Of a stretch of DNA of 64,000 nt, positions 33,043-46,650 are shown piece by piece (positions within the stretch are counted from its first letter, which is position 1; the number at the start of each line of letters is the position of its first letter). The DNA comes from Takakia lepidozioides (lineage: Eukaryota > Plantae > Bryophyta): the NCBI GenBank assembly GCA_030704615.1, contig CM060731.1, positions 26,412,001 through 26,476,000 of the forward strand, written 5' to 3'. Made by a program: the position numbers and the translations under genes. Below the pieces are notes generated by a model. It was not told the origin of the DNA. It did not search any database and saw only the letters and a program-made list of their open reading frames with translations.

Positions 33043-33522
33043 TGTGATGCCCCAAACTTTCCTCATAACAGATTCACCCGTTTCATCCAACGACGATACA
33101 CATTCATTGTATATTTTTTTGGCGTATAAAGCCGTTAATCCGTTACAATGATGTTTAGGTTAGGGTTAGTTTAAGCTGGTGGCTTGATCCTGGCCCTTCG
33201 TTAGATCCAGGGCTACAAGGCAGCACCGCGGGCTTGGGCCTATAATGCCTTGCCACGCGGGCCACTACGGTTAGGGCTTCTGTATAAAGACGGCGCCTTG
33301 ACACAAGGTTAGGGCGGTGTACTCAGGTGTTGCTGTATATGTGATTTTGGTGTAACAAGTTTTTGGATGAGAGCTGCTTAGTGTCTGATTCGTGTGTTGA
33401 TCCTCCACTCGCGCGCTGCTTGCTCTTTTCCACTCGCCGCTTTGTTGTGCAAGTTCGCTTCTTGAGAGGAAAGGAGTATATGCTTCAGGCTTGTTTTAAA
33501 GCTTCACAGGCATGCTCTCACA
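33043..33522 (+). repeat. Probable 3' LTR
   Basis: TGTGA...TCACA inverted ends, G-run upstream, TATA-like motifs at ~33241 and ~33283; single copy only. Confidence 0.5.
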
Positions 33523-35122
33523 CTCCACCCTAGACATAAGTTAACCCTTAGCCATACGCTTTCAGTCTAAGTACCCTTGATTTTATCAAGGGCCCAGATT
33601 TTCCTACTTGGCTTGTACCCTCTCACGACGTGCCACGTAGCGGTTACTCAGATGTGAGGTGGCATGTGAATAAAGGGTTTCTGTGAAAAAAAATCCAGGA
33701 GGTAAATAATAATTAATAATTACAACCCTCAAACGGCAATTGGCTCTTGCTTTGCTTTGGCACAACATAAGGAAGGTAAGACCAGGGAGCATGATTCAGC
33801 ACAATACACCAATCAGCGCCTTCACACGGTGTAAGGTACTTTGACCACATTTTCTCTGGACAATGACTTGCATGTCTCCGCAAAGTCTCTCTCTACAAGA
33901 GAACTCCTTCGGGTATTGATAAGCTATGACATTCAACTCCGAACTGTGGGAAATCCCTCGACTGGTGGCCGGATTTGCCATGTGTTGTATGTAAACATTA
34001 TATGCAGACCGTCTTTACCAGACTCAACTAGACTACATCTCTTGGAGTGTAAATGGTCCCGAGCATTGGCCCCTAGGCGAATTCTGAGCCAACGTATCAC
34101 AAAAGCTTTCGATCTTCTTCAGTTAGTTACTCCATCTCTGCACAACCACCTAAGATCTAAACAAGGCCGCCACCGGCAAAAAATGGCAACGGACGTCATC
34201 AGGCAGAAGGTCCAAGTGTAGGGGCCATAAATCAATAAATACTATCCATTCTACCTTGGTTGATTGCAGGGGTATGTGCAGCCATGCAGCTGGTGGCTCA
34301 AGACCCGTCATGTCTGCCTCCATAACAGCCAGGGGGGTTTCTATAAGCAAGCTGATCTGATGAGAATTGTTGTGGAAGACAGCAAAAGCACACTACGACA
34401 TTGAAGACGTACTATCAGTAGAAAGCTCATCTCCCTCTTCATAGGTGCTCTACAAACTGATGCTCATGAACCCACCTACAATAATAGTTATCGATACAGT
34501 CATGTATGCTGCACCCAGGTTCATTAGCTTGTACAGCTGGTTCAGATCATAGTATGGTTATCTTTTCTGCTGTTCCATGTGGACAACTTTCAAACAGTCC
34601 GGTGAATTCAAACAGTCAACTTGAGATTGACTGGGCCACTCCGACATTTCATATTCATCTGGAAACAGCACTGATCTTGAGTCTCTCTTGCTTTTTGAAG
34701 AGTCTCCATTGCATCAGCAATTGTGTATCATCATCAGCAGCATGCTCGTAGATATGTAACATGCCCATGACAAAACAGAAGATTGGCATTGTGGCATCCT
34801 CAGAAGCTTAAAGAATGCTCTAGGCACACATTATATCAGCTTTATTCGTAGGTTTCCAGTATTTTGATACAAATTGGATGCAGACTAGTCACAATTGTAC
34901 ACTGATGTTGATGATATCGATAGCCACCTCTTGATGCCAACGAATCAGTACACTCTTCAGTAGAAGAATGTGTGTTGTTCCCACCACTTTGCATATTTGG
35001 GACATTTGATAGCCTTGAACAAAGATCCCCCAATTAGCATTCATCATATTCAGCAAATATGAGAGAAGGGTAGGGTACACTGATAATGCTCCCGGGACTG
35101 GCTAAGCAATCACACAAGCTTA

Positions 35123-38100
35123 TCAATGGAGGTATCCCATGTTCATCTTGTAGCGAATCTCTTCTTGCCATGTGATGAGGTCATTAAGCCAGTTTCCACT
35201 GCTTCCTCTTCGATTGAAATTGGGCCTGTTGGTAGATCCCATGGTGTCAAAGACTGCATACAGAAAACACTGAGTCAGTAAGCTACTAGTAGTACATCCA
35301 CAACTTCACGGTTGATATATTCCAACAGACTCAACATTTACCACTGTTGGGTGATGTGTCGCATTTATTTGCTTGCCTTGCATGGAGTCCAATGTCTTGA
35401 AGATTAAGGGGGCAGGGGCAAGGTGGGGTGGGGGAGAGAAAGGACCCACGGGACAACTGTAGGACTCAAAATTCTACGATCTCAAGGATATGTGCAATGA
35501 ATCACATGTCTCTGTGGTTGCATACCTTCATGGAGACTACAGGTCTTGGCACTCGTAAAAATTTCATCCGGGTCCTGCTGCAGCTGCTGTAACAGCCGTG
35601 CCATAAGATTCTCCTTTCTGCTCAGCCCAGAGCTTGTAAGTTTAGTTCCTTCAAACGATATGAAGACCTCAAGTTTTGGCACAAGTGATCCAGAAGCTTG
35701 CAACAAAATTTCTCATATGCTGCAGCTGCTTAGACTGTCAATCTATCTTATACCTACAAGAAACAGAGTTAGCATGTTGGTTATACCAAATGCAGAATAT
35801 GATTACGGGCTGCAAACCTATTGAGAATAAGTCAAAAATATGGTGACTACAATCATACACTTGCTTTCCTCTGCCATGTGAAAGAATCCTCAACTTCTCA
35901 AAATCAGCTCTAAAACCCAGAATAATTAAGGATCCTTCAACAATTTGCTTCATTCAGGGAAATATTCCTACTGGCTATCCCATCCATCCATTCCCGAATA
36001 CAGAATGCATAAGTGATCAGTGTTGCTACCTTGCCCAATGAGGAAATTCCCTTTTAGGTTGTTCCCCTTTCTCATCATCTGAAGTGTCCTGGAATGGTGA
36101 TATTTCATAGGACTGTGGCCCTTCTTCTGTTGAGATTCGAGCTCCTGACGGACCTGCCCCAAGTTTCGAAGAAACAAAAAGTCAAAGTGAAGACAGCATC
36201 AAAATATGGGATGAGATGACTCCACCACCTAGTTGAGAGCTGTGAAGCAAAGGAGAAAGTGAACTAAATTGACACACACAAAGAAAACAACCAATTGGAA
36301 ATAGAGAGACGTTGCGACGGCCAACACTTCTTTCGAAGAAACAAAAAGTCAAAGTGAAGAGAGCATCAAAATATGGGATTAGAGAACTCCACCACCCAGT
36401 TGAGAGCTGTGAAGCAAATGAGAAAGTGAATTAAATTGACACACACAAAGAAAACAACAAATTGGAACTGGAGAGACATGTTGCGATGGTCAACACTTAT
36501 TTCATACATACCTGAAAGACCAGTTTGACCACCCTTGGGAGCCTTATATCCCTGCACCGCTGCAGCAGTGGTTTGAGGGACCCGAATTGCAGGTCCTAGT
36601 AAGCTCTGAGAGGTTGATCGAGCTTTCTTGACCTGAGGGTAACTGCCGGCAAAGGCTGTAATGCCGGCTCCGTCACCTTCAGGCAGACACATATGCCCAT
36701 TCAACAAGGTTAATTGTTGACAGGGATCGCCAGGTCCATGCCCTGATGCAATGGCCATGGTTGCCACACTGGGGTTGCTAGAAAAGTGATCCAACTGCAA
36801 GAGGACACATGCGGCAATCAATACCTGGAAAAGGAACATTATAGCTATGGAAGTCTTGGATTTGACGCTAGCCGCCATTCTAGAACAATTCATCATTAGA
36901 GGAATTTCACATACATTGTTTGCTTGTCACCACTCTGAAGTGAAGACCTAAACACTACGAACTGTTCTTACATTACAAAAATTTCCACATTGGCTACAAT
37001 GCAGAAATCCTTGTATTGCTAAGGGTCACACCATTTACTGACTACCAAATGACCGTGTTATGAAACAGTATCAGGACACAGTATTCCATTGTGTACCAGA
37101 AAAAGGCCTGAAAGGTTGTCCTTGTGTTGTGTGGTTCTTATAGTTCATTACTCCAAAACCTAAAGGAACATGGAAAAATATCACACCCTATCAACTCGGC
37201 GCACATTTTCCTCAAACTTCAAAACATGACTGGCCTCCTCCTTGCGTTTACGAGTTGCCTCTTTCTCTGCCAGCCATGCACCCTTGATGTCCATCTCCTC
37301 TTTGCGACGGCGTTCAATTTCCCGTTCTTTTTCCATCCGTCTCCGGCGCTTCATGTCCTCCTCCATAGCCTTCCTCTCACGCTCACTTTCCTCCTGGACA
37401 TCCACTCAAGGGCGTGGGTAACAGCGCAGCATAAAAACGTCCTCATAAACAAGATCTGCATAATTTTGCTAACTGCAGCCTTGTGGTGGTAGAGCCCAAA
37501 CAAGGTTGGACGGCGCAAGAATGAAGGAGTGCTACAGGGCAGAAGGACAGCAAAAAAAACCATTATTATAGCAGCTCCACTAACGAGACCGACGCTCACC
37601 AGTCCAGAATAAGACAAAGATTCATGAAATGAAGAGCGCTTGAGAGACGGATCAAAAGGAGGAGAGAGACTGACTCCCTGACGAACTAAACAACTTTGGC
37701 CATTCACTAACATAATGTGATGGACAGTGAGAACTCAGGAGTACCAGGGCTTTGTGCCTCAGTTCCTTCTCTTCTAAGTCAGCACGCTGTCGCTCCTCCA
37801 TTTCTCTCTGCAACTTCATAACTTCTTCCTGCCGCTTCCTTTTCTCCTCTCTCTCTTTCCTTTCACCAATCTCTCGCTTACGCTTTCGGTCAGCAGCATC
37901 TGCTTCCTTTCTCTTCCATTTGTCTTCCTTTCTCCTCTGTTCATCTTGCAGTCTTTCTAGTTTTTCCTGCTCCATCTTTGATTTCAACACCATTGCTTGC
38001 TTCACCTGATGGATCCAATTATTGAAACCATTGGCATACACTTTCGCTTGCAATAACAATGCAGATGGGCCAGGGGACTCCATATCTTCTCAATTCACCA

Positions 38101-41100
38101 ATACCCTAATTGGAGTTAGGAGTGTAGTACCAACCTTGTAACAGAAAAATTGGGCGTGTTTTCTTCTCCGACCTCTCAGTAACTGTGCTGTTCCTTTTCC
38201 ATTCCTATTGCTTCAAACATGTAGGAACTCTATGTAAGGTTTCAGGCACCTAGCTTTGGGTTGGCGTCTAAACAACGAAATATGAGAAATGTTCCTTTTG
38301 GGTCTTACACTCCAGGCAGAACCACAGTTAATGACTCCAAAGAAAATTGAGGGGTCACAAGCACAAGAGAATATCCTAAAAAATGGACACGTTTGTTTTG
38401 CATGATGGCATAGCTTTGCAGCCATGGACAGCACAGGCTATAGCTTCTCTGGGAGCATACCATCATGGATCTGCCAGATCTTCACACGGTCAATACATCC
38501 TGATATAAGAAGGAAATTTACACACAGCACTCTTTACCTTTGAGAGGATGCCTGTGTGACCTGTGTTCAAATTCTTGGGGCCTTCAGTCAGCACTGTCTT
38601 GCCAGCCCCTGGCACTACTACAGCCGTCCTTCTCATGGCCTCCGCAAAAACCTTGCTTGGGTCCTCATTCTCTAGTTCTGCTTTAATTTGTCCCTCTCTT
38701 AACTTATCTTGCAAAGCCTTCTCCTTCTGCAATTTGGCCAACTCCAGTGCCTTTTTGCGCTCTTGTCGTTCTATCCCCCGTTTCTCTTCCTGTTGCTTTG
38801 CAGCTTTGGCAGCTTCCAAAGCCCTCACTTTCACATCTCGCTTTCCTGTGGAGGGCGTGTCAATTTTGTACCTCAGCTACAACAGGCACTGACTCCCAGT
38901 ACTCCATGTTTCAAAGTCGAGGTTTCCAAGATCAATTTAAGTTACCTATTCAGTGAGGAAAGGAGAAGCACCTAGTACAAACATCATCAACTGAACCAAA
39001 ACTGGGCACGGGGTTTACGGCAAACAACATCTCATGAGTAAATTCCTTATATAGTGACAAGACTGTGGCAAACGTCTTATGAGTACATTCTTAATACAGT
39101 GACATATGTACATATGTATATGTTTGTGTTGGTAGAGGAGCTCTACCGTCGGGGTAAGGGGCAGCTGTTTTCTGCTGTTGAACCAGTGGAAGGAAGGACC
39201 TGATGGAAGTAGACACCACGTCTGATCCAACCAGATTTGTACCTCTTGAAATATTCCCAAAGATATTAGCACCAATCAGATTTGAAGCACGTTGAGGATG
39301 AAGGCTCTGGCTACAAGCTGAAGGCTGGAGATCTGAGCTCTGTCCCTGATCTGTAGCAGGATGTTGCAGCACAACCTCGCCATTAATCGATCCTTTCCCT
39401 ACATGTGAAGCCTCTTGAAGCCCATCCCCACGGCTCTCTGTAGTTCTTCTGTTATTCACCCATTCGGTAACGAGAAGGTTTGTACGAGCATGATCATGGG
39501 CCACTGCTCTAGTATGAGGTTGTAACTGGGGAACTCCAAATTCAAGTGCAACTGGCATCTTGGGAGCAGCCTCTTGTAGAAGAGCCGGGATTGTTTCCTT
39601 GGATGATGCTATCATGCAAAACGCTGATCCTAACTCTTTGGAATTGGGCCAAGGAAACTGGACCCTGTCGAACTTGGTAGCATGTCTGTCCTCAGACACA
39701 CAGCCACCTCCAGGTCTTGAACAAGTCTTTGGAAACAAGACTTCCTCTCGAGGGTGGTCTCCGTTCTCAATTACTAGCGAGCACGTGCTAGAGTGCGGGT
39801 CAAGTGTCAGTCTCTCTGAGGAACGGCATACAGGGGATCCACGTTCACAAGTTACTGCGACAGATTGGGAATTTTCTAGTGGCTGTTGACCATTGACCTG
39901 AGAAAGAGAGCCTCCAGTTCTTGCCGCCTGCCCTTGACATGATCTGCTGAGAGTCGTTTTACGAAAGAAAACAGGTGAGCTGTCTTGTTGCTGCATACCA
40001 CACACTTGAGTTAAGTGAGCGTACAATTAACATAACACATATAGAACCATTCTTCGAAGTCAATGTCATAAAATATCACTTTCAACAGGACTCTGCCTAA
40101 CAGGACTGGGCCTTTGGGGGACCAAGGTATAGTGAGCATCACTTTCGCTAGCCAAAAGACTGAGCCCCTTCAAGGACCCTGAGCACATTGTTCAGTAACG
40201 AGGTTGGCAACTGTACATTTCATGTAGGCATACCAGAACTAGGGTACGGGCCAGCCTTTACAGTCAGTCCACTACACTCCCCTCACCTGGAGTTGGCTTT
40301 CTGCTGGGTTGGTATCCATAAGCTGGTGGCAGTCATCGGTCTCACCATCTTGAATTATGCAAGCACTGGACAAATCTCGAGGGAAATGCCTTGGACTTGA
40401 CTTTAGCTGCATTCCAAACATTTGAAGGTAGAAGCAAGTTCAGTCATGGTAAAGTCATTTGAGCAGTGCGCTGGAGAATCTCCCCTACAACTAACAATAT
40501 CAGCGCACCTGCCGATGCTGTAGGCAAGACCTGCCAAGCATATGCAAGTCCCAGGGACTCTCAGAACCTCACACTCCAGTCAAAAACGTTGCCTACTTGA
40601 TCCAGCCTGGTGACCTCAGTTTACAGATATTTTACCCAATGAATGAGACACACTGGAATTGAAGTCAGAGTGTTAAACCATAATTCAAAGTTTGATCCTA
40701 TATAAACCCCCAACCGTTCAAATTCATTCATCCCATGGTTCCTCACCTGCTGTGGTGTTGGATTGACTGGCATGATAACCTCTCGTGATGATGATAACCT
40801 AGCTCCTTTTGCTGGACCCCCACCTGGCATAGTTTCAGAGATGACTGCCCCCTCAACCTGCTGCACTGACTGTTTCTGCCTTGAGGAGAACCTACGTGAA
40901 CAACCTGAGACAAACCTGGAGTGTGTAGTCCCTTCATACATACCGATAAAGGTGTCATCAGATTGCAGTCGCCTTGCCCTGGATTTGGTCCTGTTAGCAA
41001 ATTGCCAACGGTCCAAAGTGAGGGTGCAATGAACCTCGTGGCTCGATTCCCCATGCTCCCTGTCAACTGGAGTGTGTTTTACACTATTGGTAAGCATGTG

Positions 41101-44100
41101 CAAAGCAGACACCGTCTCCATTTCAGGGCATACGACGGAATTGTCAGGAGAACCCTTTGCAAACTGTTCTGGGTCTGCTAATGTATTGCAAACCAGCTCC
41201 TCAGATATGTGATCCTGCCCCTCACTTGGACAGAGATTTCCTCCAGTAACAAGCAAAGACAACTCAATGGCCCTACTCACAGATGCAATTTCCGTGATCA
41301 CCAAAGGTTGGTCATGACTATACAATTCCGGCTGACAAACCATTCCATGTACAGGGGAACCTGGAGACAAGTTCAAGTAAGGTGTTGGATCTTCCAGATT
41401 CGGTGGCTCAGTAATCTCCGGTGGCAGCGTTAACCTAGCTCCTTTTGCTGGGCCTCCCACTCGCACACTTTCAGAGATGACCAGTCCTTCAGCCTGCTCC
41501 ATTGACAATTTCTGCCTTGAGGAGATCCAACATGGATTGCTCGGCGAAAAACAGGAGTGCCTCCCTTCAGATGAACCTGACAAAGTCACATGAGATTGCA
41601 GTCGTCTTGCCCTAGATTTTGATCTCTTTACAAGCTGTAAACTGTCGAAAGTGAGTGGGTAATCACGGCGAAACTCCTGCTCAAATTGCCCACACTCCCT
41701 GTCAACTGGCAAGCACTTTACACTGTTGACAAGCATGTTCCAAGCACACGAAGGCACTCTCTCCATTTCAGGGTGCATCATGGAGTTGTCACAAGAGAGC
41801 TCCTTTGCACACTGCTGTGGCTCTACTAATATGTGACAGACCTGCTCCTCAGATTGCCCCTCATCTGGAGATCTATTTCCTCTAGCAGCAAGTGAAGCCA
41901 CTTCCCTGAGGGTAGGCTTTCTGGTATCCTTCTCACAATCCGGTAAGCTATCCACACCCTGTTCTTCCCTCAAACGGATTACTTCCACGTGAGCAGGCGA
42001 ATCCATAGTTGCATTGACATTGGAACCCATCTTTGGTGTTAAGGGCTTCATACCTGGAGATTCACAATCTAAGATAGCCAATTTCTCCCCAGATTGTAAA
42101 CCATCTTCAGCTCCCAACACACAGCATGCTTCCTCTAAGTGTGCTACTGAGACCATGAATACTCCATCTTCAAGACACTTCTTCAATCTTTTATTTTTCT
42201 GGTATGGAGAACCCATGGGAGCAGGTCGCTTATGAGGCTTTACAATAGGAGCTTGCTGCACATCCTGTAACCTATTCACACTCCGTTCTTCTTGTAAACT
42301 GGCATCTTCCAAGTGAGCAGGCGAGTTAACAGCTGCCTTTATATCACACTCCTTGGGCAGCTCCTCCGAGCTCAATGGCACAGAGCCTGCTGCACTCTCA
42401 GATGCTCTTGCTGCTTCAGACTGTCTAGCAGAAGAACGGGTCACAAGTTGCGATACCGGAGACAGGGATGTTGTTGCTGCTCCAGCTTTTTTCTGACACA
42501 GATCCCCTCTTCTGGTCGATACTGAACTTGTCAATACAGGCATGGCAATCTTGGTCTTTTCACACTCTTTCGCCTCTGCCCCTACCAGCTCTGCAGCCTC
42601 CAGACTCTTCCTTCCATCTGTCTCCATCTCTCCAGCCCTGCTTCTGGTAGCTTCAGGCATATCAATATCTACCTCTTGGCAGCCTTCTTGGACATGAGGC
42701 CCGGCCACCCCAGGACACACTCCAGCTTCTGCTTTACCCTTGCCACGGGATGTCTTCTTGGGCAGCTCCTCCGAGCTTAATGGCACAGAGCCTGCTGCAC
42801 TCTCAGACGCTCTTGCTGCTTCAGACTGTCTAGCAGAAGAACGGGTGACAAGTTGTGATACCGGAGACAGGGATGTTGTTGCCTTGCCACGGGATGTCTT
42901 CTTGGGCAGCTCCTCCGAGCTTAATGGCACAGAGCCTGCTGCACTCTCAGACGCTCTTGCTGCTTCAGACTGTCTAGCAGAAGAACGGGTGACAAGTTGT
43001 GATACCGGAGACAGGGATGTTGTTGCTGCTGCAGCTTTTCTCTTACGCAAATCCCCTCTTCTGGTTGACACTGAACTTGTCAATACAGGCATGGCAATCT
43101 TGAGCACTTCAAAAACTTCACACTCTTTTGCCTCTGCCCCCACCAGCTCTGCAGCCTCCAGACTCTTCCTTCCATCTGTCTCCGTCCCTCCAGCCCTGCT
43201 TCTGGTGGCTTCAGGCATATCAATATCTACCTCTTGGCAGCCTTCTCGGACATAAAGCCCAGCTACCCCAGAACGCACTCCAGCTTCCGCTTTACCCTTG
43301 CGACGGCATTTCTTCTTGGGCAGCTCCTCCAAGCTTAATGGCACAGAGCCTGCTACACTCTCAGATGCTCTTGCTGCCTCAGACTGCCTAGCAGAAGAAC
43401 GAGTGACACGTTGCAATACCTGAGACACGGATGTTGTTGCTGCTGCAGCTTTTCTCTTACGCAAATCCCCTCGTCTGGTCGGCACTGAACTTGTCAATAC
43501 AGGCATGGCAATCTTGACCTCTTCAAAAAATTCACACTCTTTTGCCTCTGCCCCCACCAGCTCTGCAGCCTCCAGACTCTTCCTTAAGTCTGTCTCCGTC
43601 TCTCTGGCCCCGCTTCTGGTGGCTTCAGGCATATCAATATATACCTCTTGGCAGCCTTCTCGGACATGAGGCCCAGCCACCCCAGGATGCACTCCAGTCC
43701 TCTCTTCAAACTTCCAACTCTCTCTCTCTTGCCTCCCTCGGGATTTAGGCAGAGAACCCATGCCTGTTTGCAAACTAGCTTTGCAAAGCTTGCTTCCACC
43801 AACTTCATTCTCCTCCACGCCCTCAGAGGCCCTCCCCAGCAGCAGTGTTCTTGTTTTCGATGCAGGGCTAATGGCTGGAACTTCTTCTTCTACTTCTTCT
43901 ATTGAAACCACTCTAGGCATCGAGAGCAAATCCTGGGGAAAACTTCTGAAGGTTCCGATTTCGGTTTCATCATCCTTTCTGACAGAAACCTGTTTTCGCA
44001 GTTCCCTAGACAGGGAAAGTCCCGTCCCAGGAACCGTCCTCGAGCAAGACGCCTGGGGAAGCCATTGAGATATAATCGCATTCTCCTTATCACAATAAAC

Positions 44101-44304
44101 TGGGGTTTGATGATCAAATGGTAGGCTACAGGCCAATTTATGGCGCTTGTCTGGGAGTCGAACTGGCAGCAGATCCAAGGAGGTAGAGGTAATCATGTTG
44201 ATATTGGTAATACAATGCTCCTTTTGCTGCGTGCATTGTGCCTCGCATTGCATCTCTGCTAGCTCCCCCAAATTCAAAATGAAATGCAAAATTGCCTCCT
44301 CCAT
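35123..44304 (-). CDS. INCENP: INCENP-like chromosomal passenger protein (plant WYRD homolog), multi-exon
   Basis: IN-box across exons: SYEISPFQDTSDDE..FPHWAR / KENL..QDPDEIF..CSLHE / ..RRGSSGNW. Also SFLPLVQQQK..GKRDVKVRALEAA, E/K/R helix exons and RSKSRAR motif. Very large exon ~40745-44304; start codon uncertain. Confidence 0.85.
36165..36498. repeat. ~167-bp intronic tandem duplication
   Basis: ttcgaagaaacaaaaagtcaaagtgaaga...caacactt occurs twice. Confidence 0.85.
38997..39090 (+). mobile_element. Two tiny LINE 3'-end remnants in an INCENP intron
   Basis: aaactgggcacgggg..tacggcaaacaacatctcatgagta matches the LINE tail at ~49693-49750. Confidence 0.6.
42350..43700 (-). repeat. Coding tandem repeats in INCENP (three ~140-aa units plus an extra ~47-aa sub-unit)
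   Basis: GCQEVDIDMPEATRS...VTRSSARQSEAARASES..EELPK repeated in frame. Confidence 0.92.
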
Positions 44305-46650
44305 CTTAACAGCCTTCTCGCTGCCTTCAAAAATTTCAATTTCCACCTCCTCGAGCTGCTAGCCCTACTTGAGGATCTCTTCTCCACTCTGCCACTGCCA
44401 CAACGCCATCACTTTATTAGGGCTTGTGGGCAGACATTCGTGCCAAAGACCCAGTTCTCTGCCAAAGAGCCCAATGCAGAAGGGAAAAAGATAGTCTCGA
44501 TGATAGAGATTATCACAATGTGCCTAGAGATCCAAAAGAAGCTGCGATACATCACCATCAGAATTTTCCAACCATCTCTCTCCGTCTTAACTTTCTTTCC
44601 CAGTATAGGACTCCTCTCTGCCTGTGAACATCCAAGCAACACAGCAAAGAATCCGAGCAACAGAGGGGAAAAAGCCACAAAAAGTAACCTGCAGGGAATT
44701 GCAATTGGCGCAAGGGAAGAGGGCAAGACAAGAAAACGGGATCCATGGTCGCCATGAATCTCCTCCGGCAGTCAAGCCCGTAATTGTTGATGCGAGAAGA
44801 GAGAGGGGCAATGCGTATCGTGTTCACGTACTAGCTACTCTCCCTCTCGTCCTCTGTTCCCCCTCCTCTCCCCACACAAAACACATACTCATCACTCTCC
44901 CTCCCTCTCTCTCTCTCTCTCCCTCGTACGCGGGAAGCAAATCAAAGACACCCCAGGGAGCCGTTGCCCTCGCACCTGGGGCACTGCCCGCTGCCCCACT
45001 TCTGTAGTTTCACACCACGGGCAGCGGGCAGCTACATGGACACTCGGCACCTTGATTTTTTTCTGTTTTTCTTTTTATAGCTTAACAGGGGAAAGTGTTT
45101 TTTCTCAAATTTGGAAAATAACAGGAGTGGCTACTGAGTTTTGCATGAAATAGCCATATTTTCTGTTCATCCACTGAAATTTGGACAGCATCATCCAAAT
45201 CTGTAGTTTTATCCATATATGTCATCCATATTAGGCGAATTCATCCTCAGTTTATTTTTTTTTGGAGATTTGGCGATTTCATCCATGGGAAAATAGGGAA
45301 TTTACGACAGAATATTCGATTTGTTTTTTTTAAGGTCGAAAAAGTGCCGAAATGCTTAGGTCGAAATTTCGCCAGAAATAAACACACGGGGCCCGGCCCT
45401 GGAATTTTGTTTTTTTAATTGAATTTCATGGTCTCCGTCCCCTTTTTTTTGAAATTAATTGTTTTTAAAGAAATTTAAAAGTACAGGGAAAAAATAACCA
45501 TGTGAGGCCGTGAAGGCTTACAATGGGATACCGTTTTCTCTTTTACTACTACCCCGAACCAAGGTTCTTTTTTTCTTACATAATTGAAAAGCTCGTAATC
45601 ACTCCTAGGGACCCAGGGTTGTGTCGATGCTCATGCAATCGAGCTCCTCCCTTCTTCTTGTTCTCATCTTGCTCTGGTCTTGAAGGCCACAGGTGTTGGG
45701 TAGGGAGCTTTATTATGTGAGCAAGCTCAAGTGAGTTGAGCAAGTTCGGTGCATACATGGCTGTGGCCAACAGTCCATCTACACAAAGTTGGAAACTAAG
45801 TTGATACAATGCTTCACGGCACCACAGACATTTTCCACCCAAAATTTTAAGCATTTCAACCTTTGAAATACAATCTCTAGGGCCACGCAGCCGGCGTCCC
45901 CTGCGTCCCCTCCTGTCCATCCGTATGTCACTTGCCTTCCTTACACTAGTGCATGAGCACCAGACCTGCAGTACTGCATGCAGATAAATCAGGATACAAG
46001 TTGCACATTGCACTAGGAATTTGAACCAAGTGCTAAAGAGGGGATTCTCACTAAGCTTTGCACTGCTTTCAAAAATTTGGCCAACAGAAAACAGAGATAC
46101 AAATGAGCATTTGCTGAACCGCCAACCATTCTTTCACACCTGTGCCTCTTTCTCTTCTGTCTCCCTACCTATACCCTAACGCCCAAAATGCCTACAACAA
46201 GCTCCTAGAGATTAACATGCCCTAAAGGTCCAATGTTCCGAGGAAATGGTCAATGAGTACATTCCCTCTCTGCCTCTACCTATCTGCTTCAAACACCAAA
46301 TACATGGATACAATCAACACTGCACACCAGTTCATGTCGTGCAACGCCATATCTCTCACTGTTTGTCCACCCAAACCTCACTTTCCTACGTACTCCACCT
46401 TTGTTTCCTGACTCTCTGTGAGACATTTTTTACTATCTGCCAGCTTGAGCAATGAGGCCATAGTTGTCCAAGCTAATTTCGCCACCTCTCCAACTATCCG
46501 GAACTCGAGATGCAGCCACGGATTTGATCCTCTGCACGACACCTTGCACCATGCAATATGTGCTTAAAAAATTATGTTCATCCTTCTCAAACTCATGCAT
46601 CTTTTCCAGATTCTGTCAATTCTGTCTGCTCAGACGTCCAAAAGACTACA

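Larger units (their letters stand above)
26757..33522 (+). mobile_element. Decayed Gypsy element with dUTPase-like domain; 5' LTR not found
   Basis: gag, PR, dUTPase, RT, RH, IN in order with multiple frameshifts; 3' LTR-like region. Confidence 0.88.

Noticed and set aside
34150-34800. Separate small gene downstream of INCENP (..GLEPPAAWLHIP..)
   Set aside because: Short, interrupted by stops, and no convincing family match by eye; may be 3'UTR exons.
45160-46050. TCATCC-rich tract and the 145-aa ORF 45576-46013
   Set aside because: Degenerate repeat with no termini; the ORF has no recognisable motifs.
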